57,517 bases of DNA, filler included, from Dugesia japonica (GCA_001938525.1; 5 parts of 5 records of this genome joined end to end with filler, not necessarily neighbours in it), one strand, 5' to 3'. Shown: positions 36,267 through 50,237, counted from the first letter of the whole stretch. Numbers and translations are program-made. The notes: a model not told the origin generated them from the sequence alone.

Positions 36267-36716
36267 GAGTGTTTCCCAACCTTTTTTCGGCATCGCCCAC
36301 TTCGGTATATTGCACTGACTTCATCTCCCACTCATACAAATTCATTAATTTCTGGTAACCATTAACACCTGATAAATAAGGAAGTAACAATGCCATATAA
36401 TGATNNNNNNNNNNNNNNNNNNNNNNNNNNNNNNNNNCAGCATCTAAGTACTTATAAGATGGAGTGTGGTAACTGTGTACGAAAAATCAAAAGTTTGCAA
36501 TTTTTGACTGAATGTCTGTTCAAAAAGAAAGGTAGAAGTTTTATGCTGATGTTAAATTAATGGTCAGATGACCTACTTTCATAAGGCATACAAGTTATAA
36601 AAACTAACTTTTCATCGCTCATCATCGCCAACCAACACTTAATCCACTTTTCATCGCTCATAAATTCTTTTTGATCTCCCATTTTTGAGTGATATCACCC
36701 AGGTTGGGAAACACTG
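36267..36716. mobile_element. hAT-type MITE
   Basis: GAGTGTTTCCCAACC / GGTTGGGAAACACTG TIRs; TSD CTTTAGTA / CTCTAATA (6/8); subterminal CATCGC repeats. Confidence 0.8.
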
Positions 36717-37777
36717 CTCTAATATATAATCATAAAGCAATTTAAAAACAAGTTTTCAAATGTTTAAAATATTGAATAACATTTTAAGCAATCATAAAAT
36801 TATAGAAAGAATTTTTATTAATAAAATCATTGATGAAAAATTAAATGTCTAACAACTTTAACCGCATTGATATTTAAATGATTTCAATAAATTTTTTGAG
36901 GAAAAAAATTTCCATAAATTTCAAAATTACAATTACTTTATTTTAAATCTTAATTTTATACAAAATGATTTTCAATGAAAATTACAGTAACTGTTACACA
37001 ACAAATTCACCAATAAATTCAAATTACTTGTAAGTTTTTTTGTTTAAATTAAAAACGAATATTTTCACAAAAAAAATATTAAAAATTTAGTAATGGAAAA
37101 TTCATAACAACTGTAAAGAAAATATTAAAAATAACCTGTTAAATTTTATTAACTATTTTTTGATGATTTATTTATAAAAAAAAATTATTTCGATTGTATG
37201 GTATGTTTTTGTTGACTTAAACAAATCTATTAAAATTCAGCATAAATTTAATAGATAATTACGATAGAATGTTTTCGTTGAAGTAAAAATTATTTTTCAT
37301 AGTGAATAGTTTTAAATTGTATCAATTCAAAAATGGATTCTGTAATTATCATTAGTTAAAGATAATAAAATTTAGTCGTTTTCCTCAGAAATTTATGAAG
37401 AATTATAAAGCTTTACAAATTATATTGGAATTTCGTTAAATTTTTATTTAATAAAATTATTATAAACATTTTAAAAGATTATTGCTATAGTGGATGAATT
37501 TTTTAAAATAACTATTTATTTCATTATCGGTTTAAAAATAAATTTATGTTGTGAATCACAATCAACCCATTTTTCTAAATTGTTTATTTTAAAAATTAGT
37601 AAAATAATAAACATGTTATTTAATTTAAAAAAAAATTCGTTTGCTATGTTTAACAGATTTTCAGTTTAACGGAAAAGTTCATGAATTTGTAAAATGTATT
37701 TAAATATTTCTATCTGGATATTTTTTTAGGCCAATAAAATCACATTGTTTAATACAATATTTATTTGCTTTTTTATA

Positions 37778-38812
37778 CAGGTAAACCTCGATATAACGTC
37801 CCTCGATTATATGTATTCCTCGATATAAAGTACGTCTTTCCTGTAATTTGTACGGTACAAATAGATATGCTTTACTTTTGTTGAATAATGCGACATATCA
37901 TGAAGTAATTCCACTGTCAAATGTCGAGTTTCATTTTTTACCAAATTATTCTACTGTAATATTACAGTCGATGGATGCTGGTAAAATTAATAGCTTCTAG
38001 ATTAAATATCGAAAAATGTTTTGAAGAAAATTAATTCAAAAAGTGGAAAATAATATCGATTGCACCATTGCAGTCAAAAGTATCAATCTTTCTGAAGCAA
38101 TTGTAATAATATGAGCTTCATGGAATGAACTGACTTCAGAATGCATTTATAACTGTTGGAAGCATACCAAATTTTTTAGTCTGTTGCTCATACTGAGACT
38201 CATCCTTTACAATCGCTTTTGAAAAGCAATGTTTCTTAAATAATTGAGAATATGCAATATCCTTCCATCGAATATCCAGTACTTGTACAAGAATTTATTG
38301 ATTTTGACTCTAGAATAGAGACTACTGAAAAATTAACAGTTAAAGAAATAATTTCAATGGCTACAGAAAACAATGATTTGTCATCTGAATCTAGAAAAAA
38401 AAACGAAAATATGCTCATTAGTAAAAAACTATTTGTCCAACAGTTTGTCAGTTAAATGAAGCATTAAATACTATTAATAGATTTTTAATGTTTTCGCCAA
38501 AGCAGCATCTAGAAATATCAACAAATTTGTTTTTATCCTTTCAAAGCAGAATTCAAAATTCATTGAAACCAACAAGAAAACAAACTTCAATATTAGACTT
38601 TTTAAAAAAAATAAAATTTGTCATCTCAGAGTGTTTTTATTCATTGATAATGTGCTTTTAACGTGTAAAGTATAGAAATTATTATTAGATCATATTGACT
38701 ATTTAATACGTAATCACTTTTAAAAAAATCTCCAAAACCTCAATAAAACGTACCCTCGATATTGCGTGCATTTTTTTGTTGCACTGACAAATACGTTATA
38801 TTGAGGTTTATT
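37778..38812 (+). mobile_element. pogo/Tigger DNA transposon, internally deleted
   Basis: TA|CAGGTAAACCTCGATATAACG and CGTTATATTGAGGTTTA termini; DDE_1 fragments LLLLNNATYH, FLPNYSTVILQSMDAG, IYNCWKH. Confidence 0.85.
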
Positions 38813-39099
38813 AAAAATTTTACATGAAATTAATTGTAAAAATAATAAATATTTTTAGTTTAAAAGCTTTAAAAAGAGTATTATTCGGAAATACGATTCC
38901 ATTGAATACTCCACTGGTAACTAAAATTTATCATACAAAGTCTATAGAATATGACAGATTTAAATAATGAGGAAATATTAGGAGGATTTTATGACAATAA
39001 ATTAGTGAAATCATTTACGATCCTGCTCTAAGACTACGTCTGCTTAAAATATATTTTCAAATATCTTTTCTTTATCTAAATAAATATAATAACAAATAG

Positions 39100-40340
39100 A
39101 AAATTACAACCTGGAAAGGCTTAAGGAAAACAAATCAACTTCTATCAGCAACATAAATGAAGAACTTGTGAAGCTGAAAGACAACAATATCAATTGGAAA
39201 ACATATGAAACTGCATGAAGAAATGTCTTAGAATAAACGAAGGAAAGAAAAATAAAAGAAAAGAACGGCTCGACGAACACAAAGAGGAACTAAAGAAACT
39301 GCATGAAACTATAAGAAAGGAAATCAAGCAAGAATAAATAAAAAGCATGAACAAAGTAAATAAGGATGTATATAAGAAAGCAGCAAGAGAATTAAGAAAC
39401 TTTATCTGGAAATGTATAGAGAAATGGCTAATCATAAAAGGAAAAAAAGTGAAGGCATTAATAAAAACAAATGAGTTAAGGAAATCATATGAAACAATGA
39501 AAGAAATGTTAGGATAGAAGATAATAAAACTCAAACGAAATATGAAATGCTAATTCGGCAAATTGAAGATCATAAATTAGCGACGCACTTTGAAAACCTA
39601 TAAAGAAAATATAAATTAAAGGAAATAAAAGAAACAGAAAAGGTACAGAATGTAAAGAGGCTGAATACAATGAACTTTCAAATAGGTTAAACTATGAAAG
39701 ACATTTAAAGAGATAAAAGGAAAGAAAGTTGTGGGAAAGAGGGCATGCCCACAAATGCGTTCTAGGTTGAAATAGACGGATTAATTGATAGTAAAGAGAA
39801 ACTTGCAAGCTATATTGATGAAAAAAGAAACTTTTCCATAGAAATAGAGAAACGCAAAAGTGAAGATATTATACAAAGGAAAAGGAACAAAAATAGAAAT
39901 ATCGAATTACAGATGAATATTCCTGTTAGAAGCATATGGAGAATACTAACGAGTATATTAAAGGACAAACTCCAAGAATGTAGTAAAAACAAATACTGCG
40001 TGCCAATAAATTTGAATTTGGCACTGAGTATATATAATATTTGAATTATATATACTGAGACGATTACATGAAGAAGCAAGGTACAGAAATAAGAAAATTA
40101 TATGTGTCTTTATAGACCAGAAAAAGCATTTGATAGCATCCAAGAGGAACAATGTAGAAATGTTTCGCAGAAATCGGAGTACCAACAAGAATGATAAAGA
40201 TTATAAAAGAATTTCACAACGGAGTACTAGGTTATATTGAAAAGGAAAAATTCAAAATAAAAAGAGGAGTTAGATAAGAATGTGTACTAAATCCGACACT
40301 TTTTAACAAATTTTTTGATTACATCATTCAAATGGCTAAG
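39100..40340 (+). pseudogene. Non-LTR retrotransposon RT remnant (RTE-like)
   Basis: ENYR-like, ILRRLHEEAR, CVFID.EKAFDSI and RGVR*ECVLNPTLFN fragments. Confidence 0.75.
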
Positions 40341-42421
40341 TTAAAGCCGGAGTTTAGTTGCAGAAAGAGGAAAGAAAGATATTGGAATTATATTCGGATC
40401 GTGTACAAATTAACCATATTTATGGAAACACATGAAAAATGAGCAGAACCAGATGAAAATAAAGTTAAAAGAACCGCCATTCAAATGTCCTTACAACTAG
40501 TGCTTCATTATTACCCTATTATGAACAGACCCATTTTTCATCATGAGGAAAGCTTTTTCATAGTAGTTCTTTAGACAATGTATAGACAGCTTTCGGTTTT
40601 AAGTGGAATGATATTTCTGTCAAGTTGAAAAATTAAAAGTTGAATTTCATAATTTGATGATTATATAATAAGAAAAACATTTTTAAAGATATGTTTCACA
40701 TAATATATAATCAAATTTTCATTCTCTAACGAACATTGTAAGGTTTAAAATTGTAAATTAAAAAATGACGACTGTATGCAGTTTTTGAAATTTTAAATCT
40801 TTAAATAATTTTTCAATGTTATATCTGACTAAAATTTCTACTAACCATAATATTCGTCATGTGATTACGTATACAACGATACCAAGATTGTTGTCAGGGG
40901 AGTTCTACTCCTGAACTTAAAAAAACATTAAAGTAAAATTACAAAAATAAAAGTGCAAAAGAAAATTTAGAGTTACTAGAATTTATTAATTCTCTTAATT
41001 TTTCTTCTGTTACGTTTACATTAATTTAAATCAAAATATATAAATAAAAAAATGATTGGTTTTTACATAAAATAATGGTAATGAGTGTCGGTTTGAGAAT
41101 AAAAGATATTTGAAAGTTTATATTGTGAGAGGACTAAAATAGTCATTATAGAAATAGAACAGTTATAATGGTTTAAATTATTAGCTAATTTTCTGTAACT
41201 TTATACATATGGCTGTGATAAAAAATTCCAAAATTGTAACTAGTTAAACTGTTTTTCTTTAATATTACTTCATTGCATTTTAAGTGTTTCTTATGAAATT
41301 TACTGACCCATCCATAGCTTGTTTAATCTTCATTGAAAATTTGCAGTGGTGAGTTTTATCTGATTATCACAATAGTTTTATAAAATTTTGTTTTATAGTG
41401 ACCCATAAATCGAGAAATTGACATTTATTTCGACATGGACTACTTACAAAACACATGTGATGAAATGAACTCTGTACATGTCTATTGTTGGATACGTAAT
41501 TTTCAAATAATTTATATTATTACAGTGATCATATATCTAGTACAATTTTCATTTTACAATATACTTCAGAAAATTTATTTCAATCGATTTCTAAATTTAT
41601 GATTTATTGATCTGCATTGGTTGTAAATAATTGTCACCGTAGTAAAATATCAATGTGGACAATTCTTATACGTTTAAAACAATATTAATTGTATCACGTT
41701 ACATAATGTCATAAATTACAATTCATTTCTAGTAAATACTTTTTTAATAATAATAGCAATAATTATTATTAATATTATGATTAAAATTTTATATTCATAG
41801 AATTTTCTATTTATAGTGAATAAATTTCTCAGTTTTCATCATACGCCGAATTCTTTTTTACGTGATAGATTTGTTCCGTGGCAACTCGCGTAAAAAAGCG
41901 TATCCATATTAAAAAGGCGATTGGTTCTACATTTGAAATATCACCTAAAATCAGATGAATAATGTAAATTCATGGTTCTTATATGGTTTATACATATATT
42001 TTATTTGAACAAAAATTAAAAGAAAAGAAAATTCATTTAATAATTATTTTATAAAAAAGCATAATTTTATAAAAAAAACATTCTTAATTTTACAAAAATT
42101 ATCAGAAAAATCAATAAAGAATTCATAACTTATTGAAACAAAACCATTCATAATTTCACAAAAATTTAAACCACGTAAAAACAGAGTGCAATATTTTTTT
42201 TGAATCGAGTAAAACAGAATTAGTTGTATTTGCTAAAGTAGGTAAATAATTGTTTTCTAGTTGATTAAATGTGAGAATTGTTAAAGTGTATTGGATAACA
42301 AACATATTTGTATATATTGAGATCAGGTATAAAAATTATTCAATTTACCCTGTTGACAATATATCATACAGTCAAGCATGTTAATTCATTCGGATATGCA
42401 AGGAATCGTATTATTACCCAA

Positions 42422-42560
42422 TTTATATAAATAAAAATGTAAATGTAAATGTTCGTTTGTTCAAAATCGATAAAATCCAAAAGTTGTCACCGATTGCCTT
42501 GAAATTTTGACAGAACGTTGCATTCGAATCCAGACATGGTCATATATACCTATTATATTT
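42422..42560 (+). mobile_element. Helitron-like 5' fragment
   Basis: ATATAAATAAAAATGTAAATGT..TTCGTTTGTTCAAAATC, the same start as the element at 44153. Confidence 0.5.
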
Positions 42561-44152
42561 GAATATGCATATGTAATTTTTTTTAAATGAACTTAATTAA
42601 TTCATTTTGAAGTTTAATTTGTTTTTAATGTTATTTAATAACTGTGAGCGGTTTTGAAAATCAAGTTGAAATTTTTGTGTGATTGGTGATTTTATTTTTA
42701 AAATCTTTTGTTTAAAAGAGAGATTTAAATTATTGATGAAAAATTTAAATAAACAAATATTTGGTTTAAGGACAAATGAAAATTTTTGAAATAAATAAAA
42801 TTTTAAAAGTAAGTGAAAAGAAAAAAAAATTTTAATGAAAATTAAGTAAATAAATAAAATGCTTTCATTTTTAATTTTGGAAAAAAGATCACCAATTAAA
42901 ACACGGGATTTTAATTTGTTTGATTAACAAAAATTGTTGGTTATAGTTTCTTATATTAATAAATCGTTGTAATGAATTTGAATTCTGAGATTAATGATTC
43001 GATGAGTTTTCAAAACCCAACTAACAATAAAAATATTTTTAAATCTAATTTAAATAAATTTCTTATTATATCAAAAGTTGATAACAATAATTTAAGTTAA
43101 TATAATTTAGTTTTTGTTTCATTTTTAATATTATAATATACATTTTATTATTTTTAAACTCTGAATTGAAATATCTGAAGATTACAAATATTGGCCTGAA
43201 ATTGAAATTTTAATTCGAACTCGATTAGGATTTTTTGTTTCATATCCTCATATTTTAGATATTGGGAATAAAATCAATCATAAAACAATTTTTACTTTAG
43301 GTAAATTGCTGGATTATTACAACGATATCTAGACAAAATCCAATTTGATTGCAAAAGTTAAAAATGGATTTATTAATACAAAAAAACCAAAATTCTTTCG
43401 CGTATTACGAATACTGTGTGCTCGGAGATTACGAGCATGTAGTTTTTACTAAGGAGATTTTTTTAGATGAAAGTGTAACATCAGCTTTAATTACTAGAAT
43501 AATTACATCGATAAATATTGAAAATCGCGATTTCGCGGTAGCTGGTTGCTAAATTAGTAATATTAATCAAATATTTTGTTTACTGAAATATTTATGCTCA
43601 TTTGAAAAATTGGTTTCTCATTTGTCTTTCTCTGTCTACTACTTTCTACTTAGTATAGGATTTTATACTCCCAATAATCTTAAAATACCAGATATACCTC
43701 TGATTCCTATCACAATTTCAACATGTAATCTTACCAATTTATTATTGTATCACTTTAAACATGATTTTTATCTTACACAATTCATAATATTTTATGAATT
43801 CCTATGTTATGTAAATAATGAATTGTAGATCTAATTAATACTCACTGGTTAGAAATAAGTGTAATTTACCTCAATATATAGCTACAATAAACTTTTCATG
43901 ATTTAATTTATCAATTAAAAAATGGTCACGACCATCGGCAGATTTAAACTTTTTGGTTTAGGACGACAAAGTCTTTGGAGCTCCTAAAATCAAGTGGTTA
44001 AGTCAAGTTTTCTCTTACAATAATTTTTTTCTTCGGATTTGCTGTCTATTTTTAAGGAGTGAATTCAATAAAAAAAATTGTTAAAGAGAAGGCAAGAATA
44101 GAACTAACAGCTGACTGTTCATCTGGATATATTTAAAAGTCGGGATTTTTCA

Positions 44153-44359
44153 CAATATAAATAAAAATGTAAATATTCGGTTGTTCAAAATCAAAAAACT
44201 GCAAGCAATCTATAAATCCACACAAACAATGCAACTACAAAAATATTGTATATCCACAAACAATTTCAAATTAAATATATTAGAAAAGTATTCATTCTTT
44301 TTTCTTCTGTTTCATTTAACCACCGTGAGCCACAGTAACGCGTGGCCGGAAATGGCTAG
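44153..44359 (+). mobile_element. Non-autonomous Helitron
   Basis: 3' hairpin GCCACAGTAACGCGTGGC followed by CTAG|T; 5' end shared with 42422. Confidence 0.65.
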
Positions 44360-45150
44360 TATTAAATAAATTTAAATTAAATCAATTTTGAATTTCACAT
44401 AGTTAATTCGAATAAATTTTCAATCGGAAAAAAACTAACAGAACTATAATAAATAAATATAAAAGCAATAACAAAACCCCAAATGTATGTATCATTTATT
44501 TGTAAATTTATCATCAATTTGCAAAGTGAAGGTACACAAAGCAATTAAAATATGAACAAACAGGGTATAGGAAAACTAGAATTTCGGATATCGTCGACCA
44601 AAAAATAAAATGAAAAATCGAAATTTAATTACAATTCCAATAATAAAATTCATAAATAATCTACAATTTTAATAATTTTGATTTGCAATTCTCATTAATT
44701 TATCATTGTAAATAAATAGTCATGCTGCCGAACAAAAAAGAATCTCGAACAAAAAACAGTAAAATACAAAATACCATTTAAAATTACAAATAATCTTCAA
44801 TGTACACATAAAAACAATTGATTTTCACAATTGAAAGCTCTAGAAAAAAGAGTAAAAACAAAAACAAAATTCTTTGTAATTTTGTTTTCTTGATAGCTGG
44901 TTACATTTTTTTATTATCATTAATTTCCATTNNNNNNNNNNNNNNNNNNNNNNNNNNNNNNNNNNNNNNNNNNNNNNNNNNNNNNNNNNNNNNNNNNNNN
45001 NNNNNNNNNNNNNNNNNNNNNATCATCAATCTGTATTTATATATGTATAACAAATGTTAATTAGTCAATATCAAATGAAAAATCTATGGAAAAAATATTA
45101 TATTTTCAATAATGAGTATTGTGGTATTTCTATGGCATGTATTACTAGTA

Positions 45151-45819
45151 TCAGATAAACTGATAATCATCAATCGTACTTTGTTCATTCCTTATGGTGT
45201 TAAAAAAATCTAACCATTGTAAATCAAATTGGGATTTACTCCACGATAAAAATTGGTCCAAAGAATTTAAACGCTGCTCAACAGTGTCTGTTTGTACAAT
45301 ATCACAAGCTGTTACAAAAACACTTTTTAAATCATAAATCAATTTCGAAAGGGTTCCACTCGAAATATTTGGTGACGAATCTCGTCTTAATAATGAATTA
45401 TTCCAATTAAGATCACAATATTCTTCTTTTGTTCGTGTAATGATAATTTTTAATAAAGCATATAAACCATAAAATACAGGAGTTGGACTGAGAAAATTTG
45501 ATAATCCCGAACAGTATTTATCTAAATATTGTAAAGACGAATATCTGATGTTATCTAATTCAAAAAACCGAGTTGATAATAAAGTCAAGTTAACATGAGC
45601 GTTAACTAAATTGATAGTATGATCGATTGGATCACGATTACTGACTGAAAAATAAACTGTTGGATTATCCAATGAGTCCAAATGATTAAGATTTGAATTG
45701 TGTTCTGAAAAAGGAAAATTATGTGCTTCCTTATCGGATTGAAATCTGTCATTTTCTAGTTTAGGAAATCTTGTTATCAAATTGGAAAATATTATTGGAA
45801 TAATAAGCAACAAAAGAGT
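45151..45819 (-). CDS. Probable terminal exon of an unknown host gene (about 222 aa, N-terminal hydrophobic stretch)
   Basis: Stop-free 669 nt in very AT-rich DNA; preceded by a TTTTTTTCTAG acceptor; starts TLLLLIIPIIFS; no recognisable domain. Confidence 0.6.
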   Translation of the reverse strand, partial: TLLLLIIPIIFSNLITRFPKLENDRFQSDKEAHNFPFSEHNSNLNHLDSLDNPTVYFSVSNRDPIDHTINLVNAHVNLTLLSTRFFELDNIRYSSLQYLDKYCSGLSNFLSPTPVFYGLYALLKIIITRTKEEYCDLNWNNSLLRRDSSPNISSGTLSKLIYDLKSVFVTACDIVQTDTVEQRLNSLDQFLSWSKSQFDLQWLDFFNTIRNEQSTIDDYQFI

Positions 45820-45974
45820 CTAGAAAAAAANNNNNNNNNNNNNNTTAATAATATAACTACGATATAACTATCAATACATAAATTTTATCGTTTATTATTT
45901 CAATTTTATTAATAAATTTTTATATTATTTAAATATATCTTAAAACTATTAAAATAATGATGAACAATGCGGAT

Positions 45975-46640
45975 CTATTTATCAAACGTAATTTTAAATG
46001 CTGCATTAACTCCTGAGAAACGTTCTTTTGCTATGCCTCTTTTTACTGCGTTGCTGTAACTCTCCACCGTATTTATATTATCTGCTTCTTTCAGGTCCTC
46101 CTTTAGTTCATCATTTGCTTTTATTGTTTCAAATACCTCTTCCGAGTTAGCTAGTTTGCCTCCTTTAACCTTTATTTGCATCAATTTATCGCNGCAACTA
46201 TTGAATATTAATTCTTTTGTCATCTCTTCTTTGTCTAGTTTGTGTGCAAAGATTTAATCGACCAGTGTTAAAATCTTTTTCTTTTACACATAAACGTGTT
46301 CATCCATTCTCTTGTATTTTAAAGCTTTCTCCAAGTCTTGTATTAGAGTAGTCTTTTAGTGGAACGCTTTTCTCAGCCGGTCCTCAAAATCTAATAATTC
46401 ATCTTGGCATTCGTATGCTTCTCTTAATTCTCGATCAATTAAGCCAACCNNNNNNNNNNNNNNNNNNNNNNNNNNNNNNNNNNNNNNNNNNNNNNNNNNN
46501 NNNNNNNNNNNNNNNNNCTGTTCAATATCATCACCATGCCGGTAAATTCCTGGGTGTAGTGCTTCTCGAATGCGGTCCATTAAAGCATTGGTCGCCATGT
46601 TAGTTACTGATAAACTTTCTGAAAAGTCCATTAAATTCAA
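45975..46640 (-). pseudogene. Gypsy gag remnant with LTR end and PBS (related to the gag at 24600-25545)
   Basis: ...CTAACA|TGGCGACCA; MATNALMDRIREALHPGIYRHGDDIEQ parallels MVAPVNTDSITERLLPNVFC*RHDIEK. Confidence 0.7.
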
Positions 46641-46913
46641 TAAATTTTTATTTATANNNNNNNNNNNNNNNNNNNNNNNNNNNNNNNNNNNNNNNNNNNN
46701 NNNNNNCCAAAAAACTATATTTATAAAAGCTGAAAATTTAAGCAAACATTTTAAATATTTTAAAAAATTCTTGAAATCTTAAATAACATTTTCTTCAAAC
46801 TTTAAATTGCGATTTCCATTTTTTAATCCTTAAATATTTTTAAAAATTCTTGAAATCTTTTATAACGTTTTCTTTAAACTTTAAATTGCAATTTTCAATC
46901 TTTAATCCTTACA

Positions 46914-46942
46914 ATTATTATTATTACTATTATTATTATTAC

Positions 46943-46982
<40 letters not shown>

Positions 46983-47032
46983 NNNNNNNNNNNNNNNNNN
47001 NNNNNNNNNNNNNNNNNNNNNNNNNNNNNNNN

Positions 47033-47074
<42 letters not shown>
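46914..47074. repeat. (ATT)n microsatellite
   Basis: Direct reading. Confidence 0.95.
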
Positions 47075-49028
47075 CAACAGCAGGATTGTTTATTCATAAA
47101 ATAAATTCAAAAAACTTTGAAAAGAAAATTGAATTAAGTTTATAAATTTAATTGATTTTTATATAATTTTTAATTAGTATTTTTCACCAATAAAAAGTAA
47201 GATAAGTAAAATTAATATAAAAATATTATCAATTGATTGAAGTAAAATATTAAAATATAAAATACATGAATCTAAATAGTCCAAATCGGAAAACAAATAA
47301 TTTAAAATCAAGTAAGTTTATAGTCCGTGTTTCTTTTCATTGAGAAAATTAAATAAAATTAGTATTAGCAAAATATAAACTAAAAAATAATTAAACAATC
47401 TGGTAAGTTTATTTTGAGATATTGATAATTAATAAATGAGATTAAATAATAGTAGAAAATCTTAATTTTAATTTACATGGAAGAATTTCAGGGGAAGAGC
47501 TTATTTGAGCGGGATAAACAGGAATACCAATTAAAGATTTTAACAGTATGAAATTATAATTTTACTTAATAACACAAGAAATTTTTGATATCGATACATT
47601 CGAGAACCTTGGAAATTTTCAATTAATTTTATGAATAAATATGGGATTACGTAAAGAAGACTTGATAATCGTTCCAAATATTACAATTTATACTGTATCA
47701 CTATTTAAATGTTAAAACAAGAATCAATCAAAGTAGAAAATGAATACTCTTACGTATATTTAATTTAATACTAATTCATGAATGCCATTAGTTATTTGAA
47801 ACGACTCATCATTTACAACAGCGATTCGTAAATTATNNNNNNNNNNNNNNNNNNNNNNNNNNNNNNNNNNNNNNNNNNNNNNNNNNNNATAATGCAGTCA
47901 AATTAAATCCGAGCACTTAAATTTCATTTTATAGAAAATGAGTTGTGTGTGTCTATTTATATGTTTTATTTTGTAATCAATAGGTGGGTCGAGAAAAATC
48001 TCATGATGAAAATAGGGTGATTTATGCAAGTTTAAGAAGCACAGCATTACAACGTGGCATTGTACTTTTAAATACAACAATTGTCAAAAATATCGAATTT
48101 TAAGTTAATTAGATGTTAATTAATTAATAAAAATAATTGGATATAAATTATCTCCAATTATTTTTATTNNNNNNNNNNNNNNNNNNNNNNNNNNNNNNNN
48201 NNNNNNNNNNNNNNNNNNNNNNNNNNNNNNNNNNNNNNNNNNNNNNNNNNNNNNNNNNNNNNNNNNNNNNNNNNNNNNNNNNNNNNTTATTTTTTAGCTT
48301 TTATTGAAAATTAACAATGAAATAAATAAAAATAACAATAAAATCGGCCAAATCTGGCAGACAGAAAATTCTGACCGATACCATATAATGATGATTAACT
48401 GTTAAATATCGAAACAAAAAATACTATCTCAGATCTCAGCGAAATTATTTTTAGTTTAAATTATAATACTGAAATAAATTCATTAATTGAAATTTAAATT
48501 GAAAAAATTTTGATTTTAAATGAAAACAGGAAGAAAACTACAATTTCAAATTATATTGTATAATAAAAAATATCGGCAGACATTTCAAAATCTAATGTTT
48601 TACGCTTAATCATCGAATTTCACTATTTGTCATTTAATGTTAATTTCATTAATAGCAATCAGATTAAAATCGCGATGCAGACAAATGAGAACGTCGATGC
48701 AATCGAAAGATTATACTGTTATCAATAATAGAATTGAAACGTTACATGTAGTAAGAAAATATTTTTTTTCTAGAATATCAATCAAATTAGAATCAATCAC
48801 ATTTTAATAAAATCGATTTATAATAAACGTAACAGATACCAAATAATTTATGAAAATAAATCTGATAGCTTGAATAAATTGAATGGACACACGATTTTCC
48901 AATTATGATTGATCAACTGATCAAAATCAAGGTCTAATATCAGAAAATGTTCATTAAGATATTGAAAAGACATTAATTGAAATTCATCAAATTGGCGTCA
49001 TAATGGATTTAATAAATAATTTCTTTAT

Positions 49029-49128
49029 NNNNNNNNNNNNNNNNNNNNNNNNNNNNNNNNNNNNNNNNNNNNTTAATTAATTAANNNNNNNNNNNNNNNN
49101 NNNNNNNNNNNNNNNNNNNNNNNNNNNN
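49029..49128. other. Artificial contig linker
   Basis: 44N + TTAATTAATTAA + 44N. Confidence 0.97.
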
Positions 49129-49690
49129 TATTCTCATTATAACATCTTCTACTTTATCATCAGGTATTCATGTTCCATCATCATTCTCATCAAAATTGCC
49201 TTGTTTTTCTTGAATATCTACTGTATTTAACATCTTTGTTTTTAATTTCTTACTTTTGGGATCATCATGTGGCATTAGACATTGTGCACATGTACCGCAT
49301 TTACTCCTTGACAACATATCCGCATTTGTATGAAGNNNNNNNNNNNNNTATTCCAATTTTATATCTAAACTCCTCAAATAATTAATCCAGGTTTGAAACT
49401 GTGATGTAATGGCTTCTTGGTATATAGCATAAATGTGATGGCTTTATGGTCTGTTCTGAGGATAAATATCTTCGCATATAAGTAAAGTCTGGAATTAATA
49501 CAAAAGTAATAAATTGCGAGCAGTTCTTTCTGTGTAGTACAATATCTTTTCTCATGACTCGTCATTGCGTGTGACCCATATGCAATTACTCTTTATTGCC
49601 CATTGTTGTCCTTTTGAGATAGTACTGCCTCAATCGTATCAAAACTTGAATCCGTGTTCCAAATAAATCCTCTATTTATATTGGTGGTGG
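49129..49690 (-). pseudogene. Gypsy RNase H remnant, same lineage as 22545-22964
   Basis: MTSHEKRYCTTQKELLAIYYFC, FILRTDHKAITFM, NADMLSR. Confidence 0.88.
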
Positions 49691-50062
49691 ACATAATACA
49701 AGCAGATATTCAAGATGGATTGAATGATTTTCCAATTGCAGTGAAAAATTAAAATGCTCTAGTAGTAGAATGAAAATATTAATACTAACTCATTACCCAA
49801 AAGATAATTATGTCATACATTAAAGGTTACTGCAAATATGCTTTTAGCTGGGTGAACATGTGAAAAAGATACAGAGAAGTATTAAATTTAGCCAGGCATC
49901 GAATTTTAAAAGTTCCACAAAATTAATATTGATCATTTACACCAACAATAATGTAGAACATATAATTATTAATTTTTGGTAAATTTATTTAAAAGTAAAA
50001 TGTTATTAAGGCACCCTTAATTATATTCATAATATTATTTCTTAAAGAGTAGGCTTTAGAAG

Positions 50063-50237
50063 TCATATGTTTAAAGGTTCCTTGATTGCTGTCCATGAAT
50101 TGGAGGACACTTCATATTTTTCTGGATTCTTTAACAGCCGTTTTGCATCACTTCTCCATTTTACTAGCTTCTGTAAGTGTTTTGTTGCTAATAATAAAGT
50201 TGAAACTTTTGAAACTTTTTTATAAGTGTGTAACTTC
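50063..50237 (-). CDS. Possible exon encoding a bHLH loop-helix 2-like segment
   Basis: Follows a pyrimidine tract plus CAG; KKVSKVSTLLLATKHLQKL resembles bHLH KLSK..TL.LA..YI..L; upstream exon not resolved. Confidence 0.35.

Noticed and set aside
43300-43552. Short protein-like ORF after an AG acceptor
   Set aside because: An in-frame TGA follows the acceptor and no domain is recognisable.
47266-49028. Scattered ATG/GTAAGT exon-like pieces
   Set aside because: Could not be assembled into an open spliced frame.
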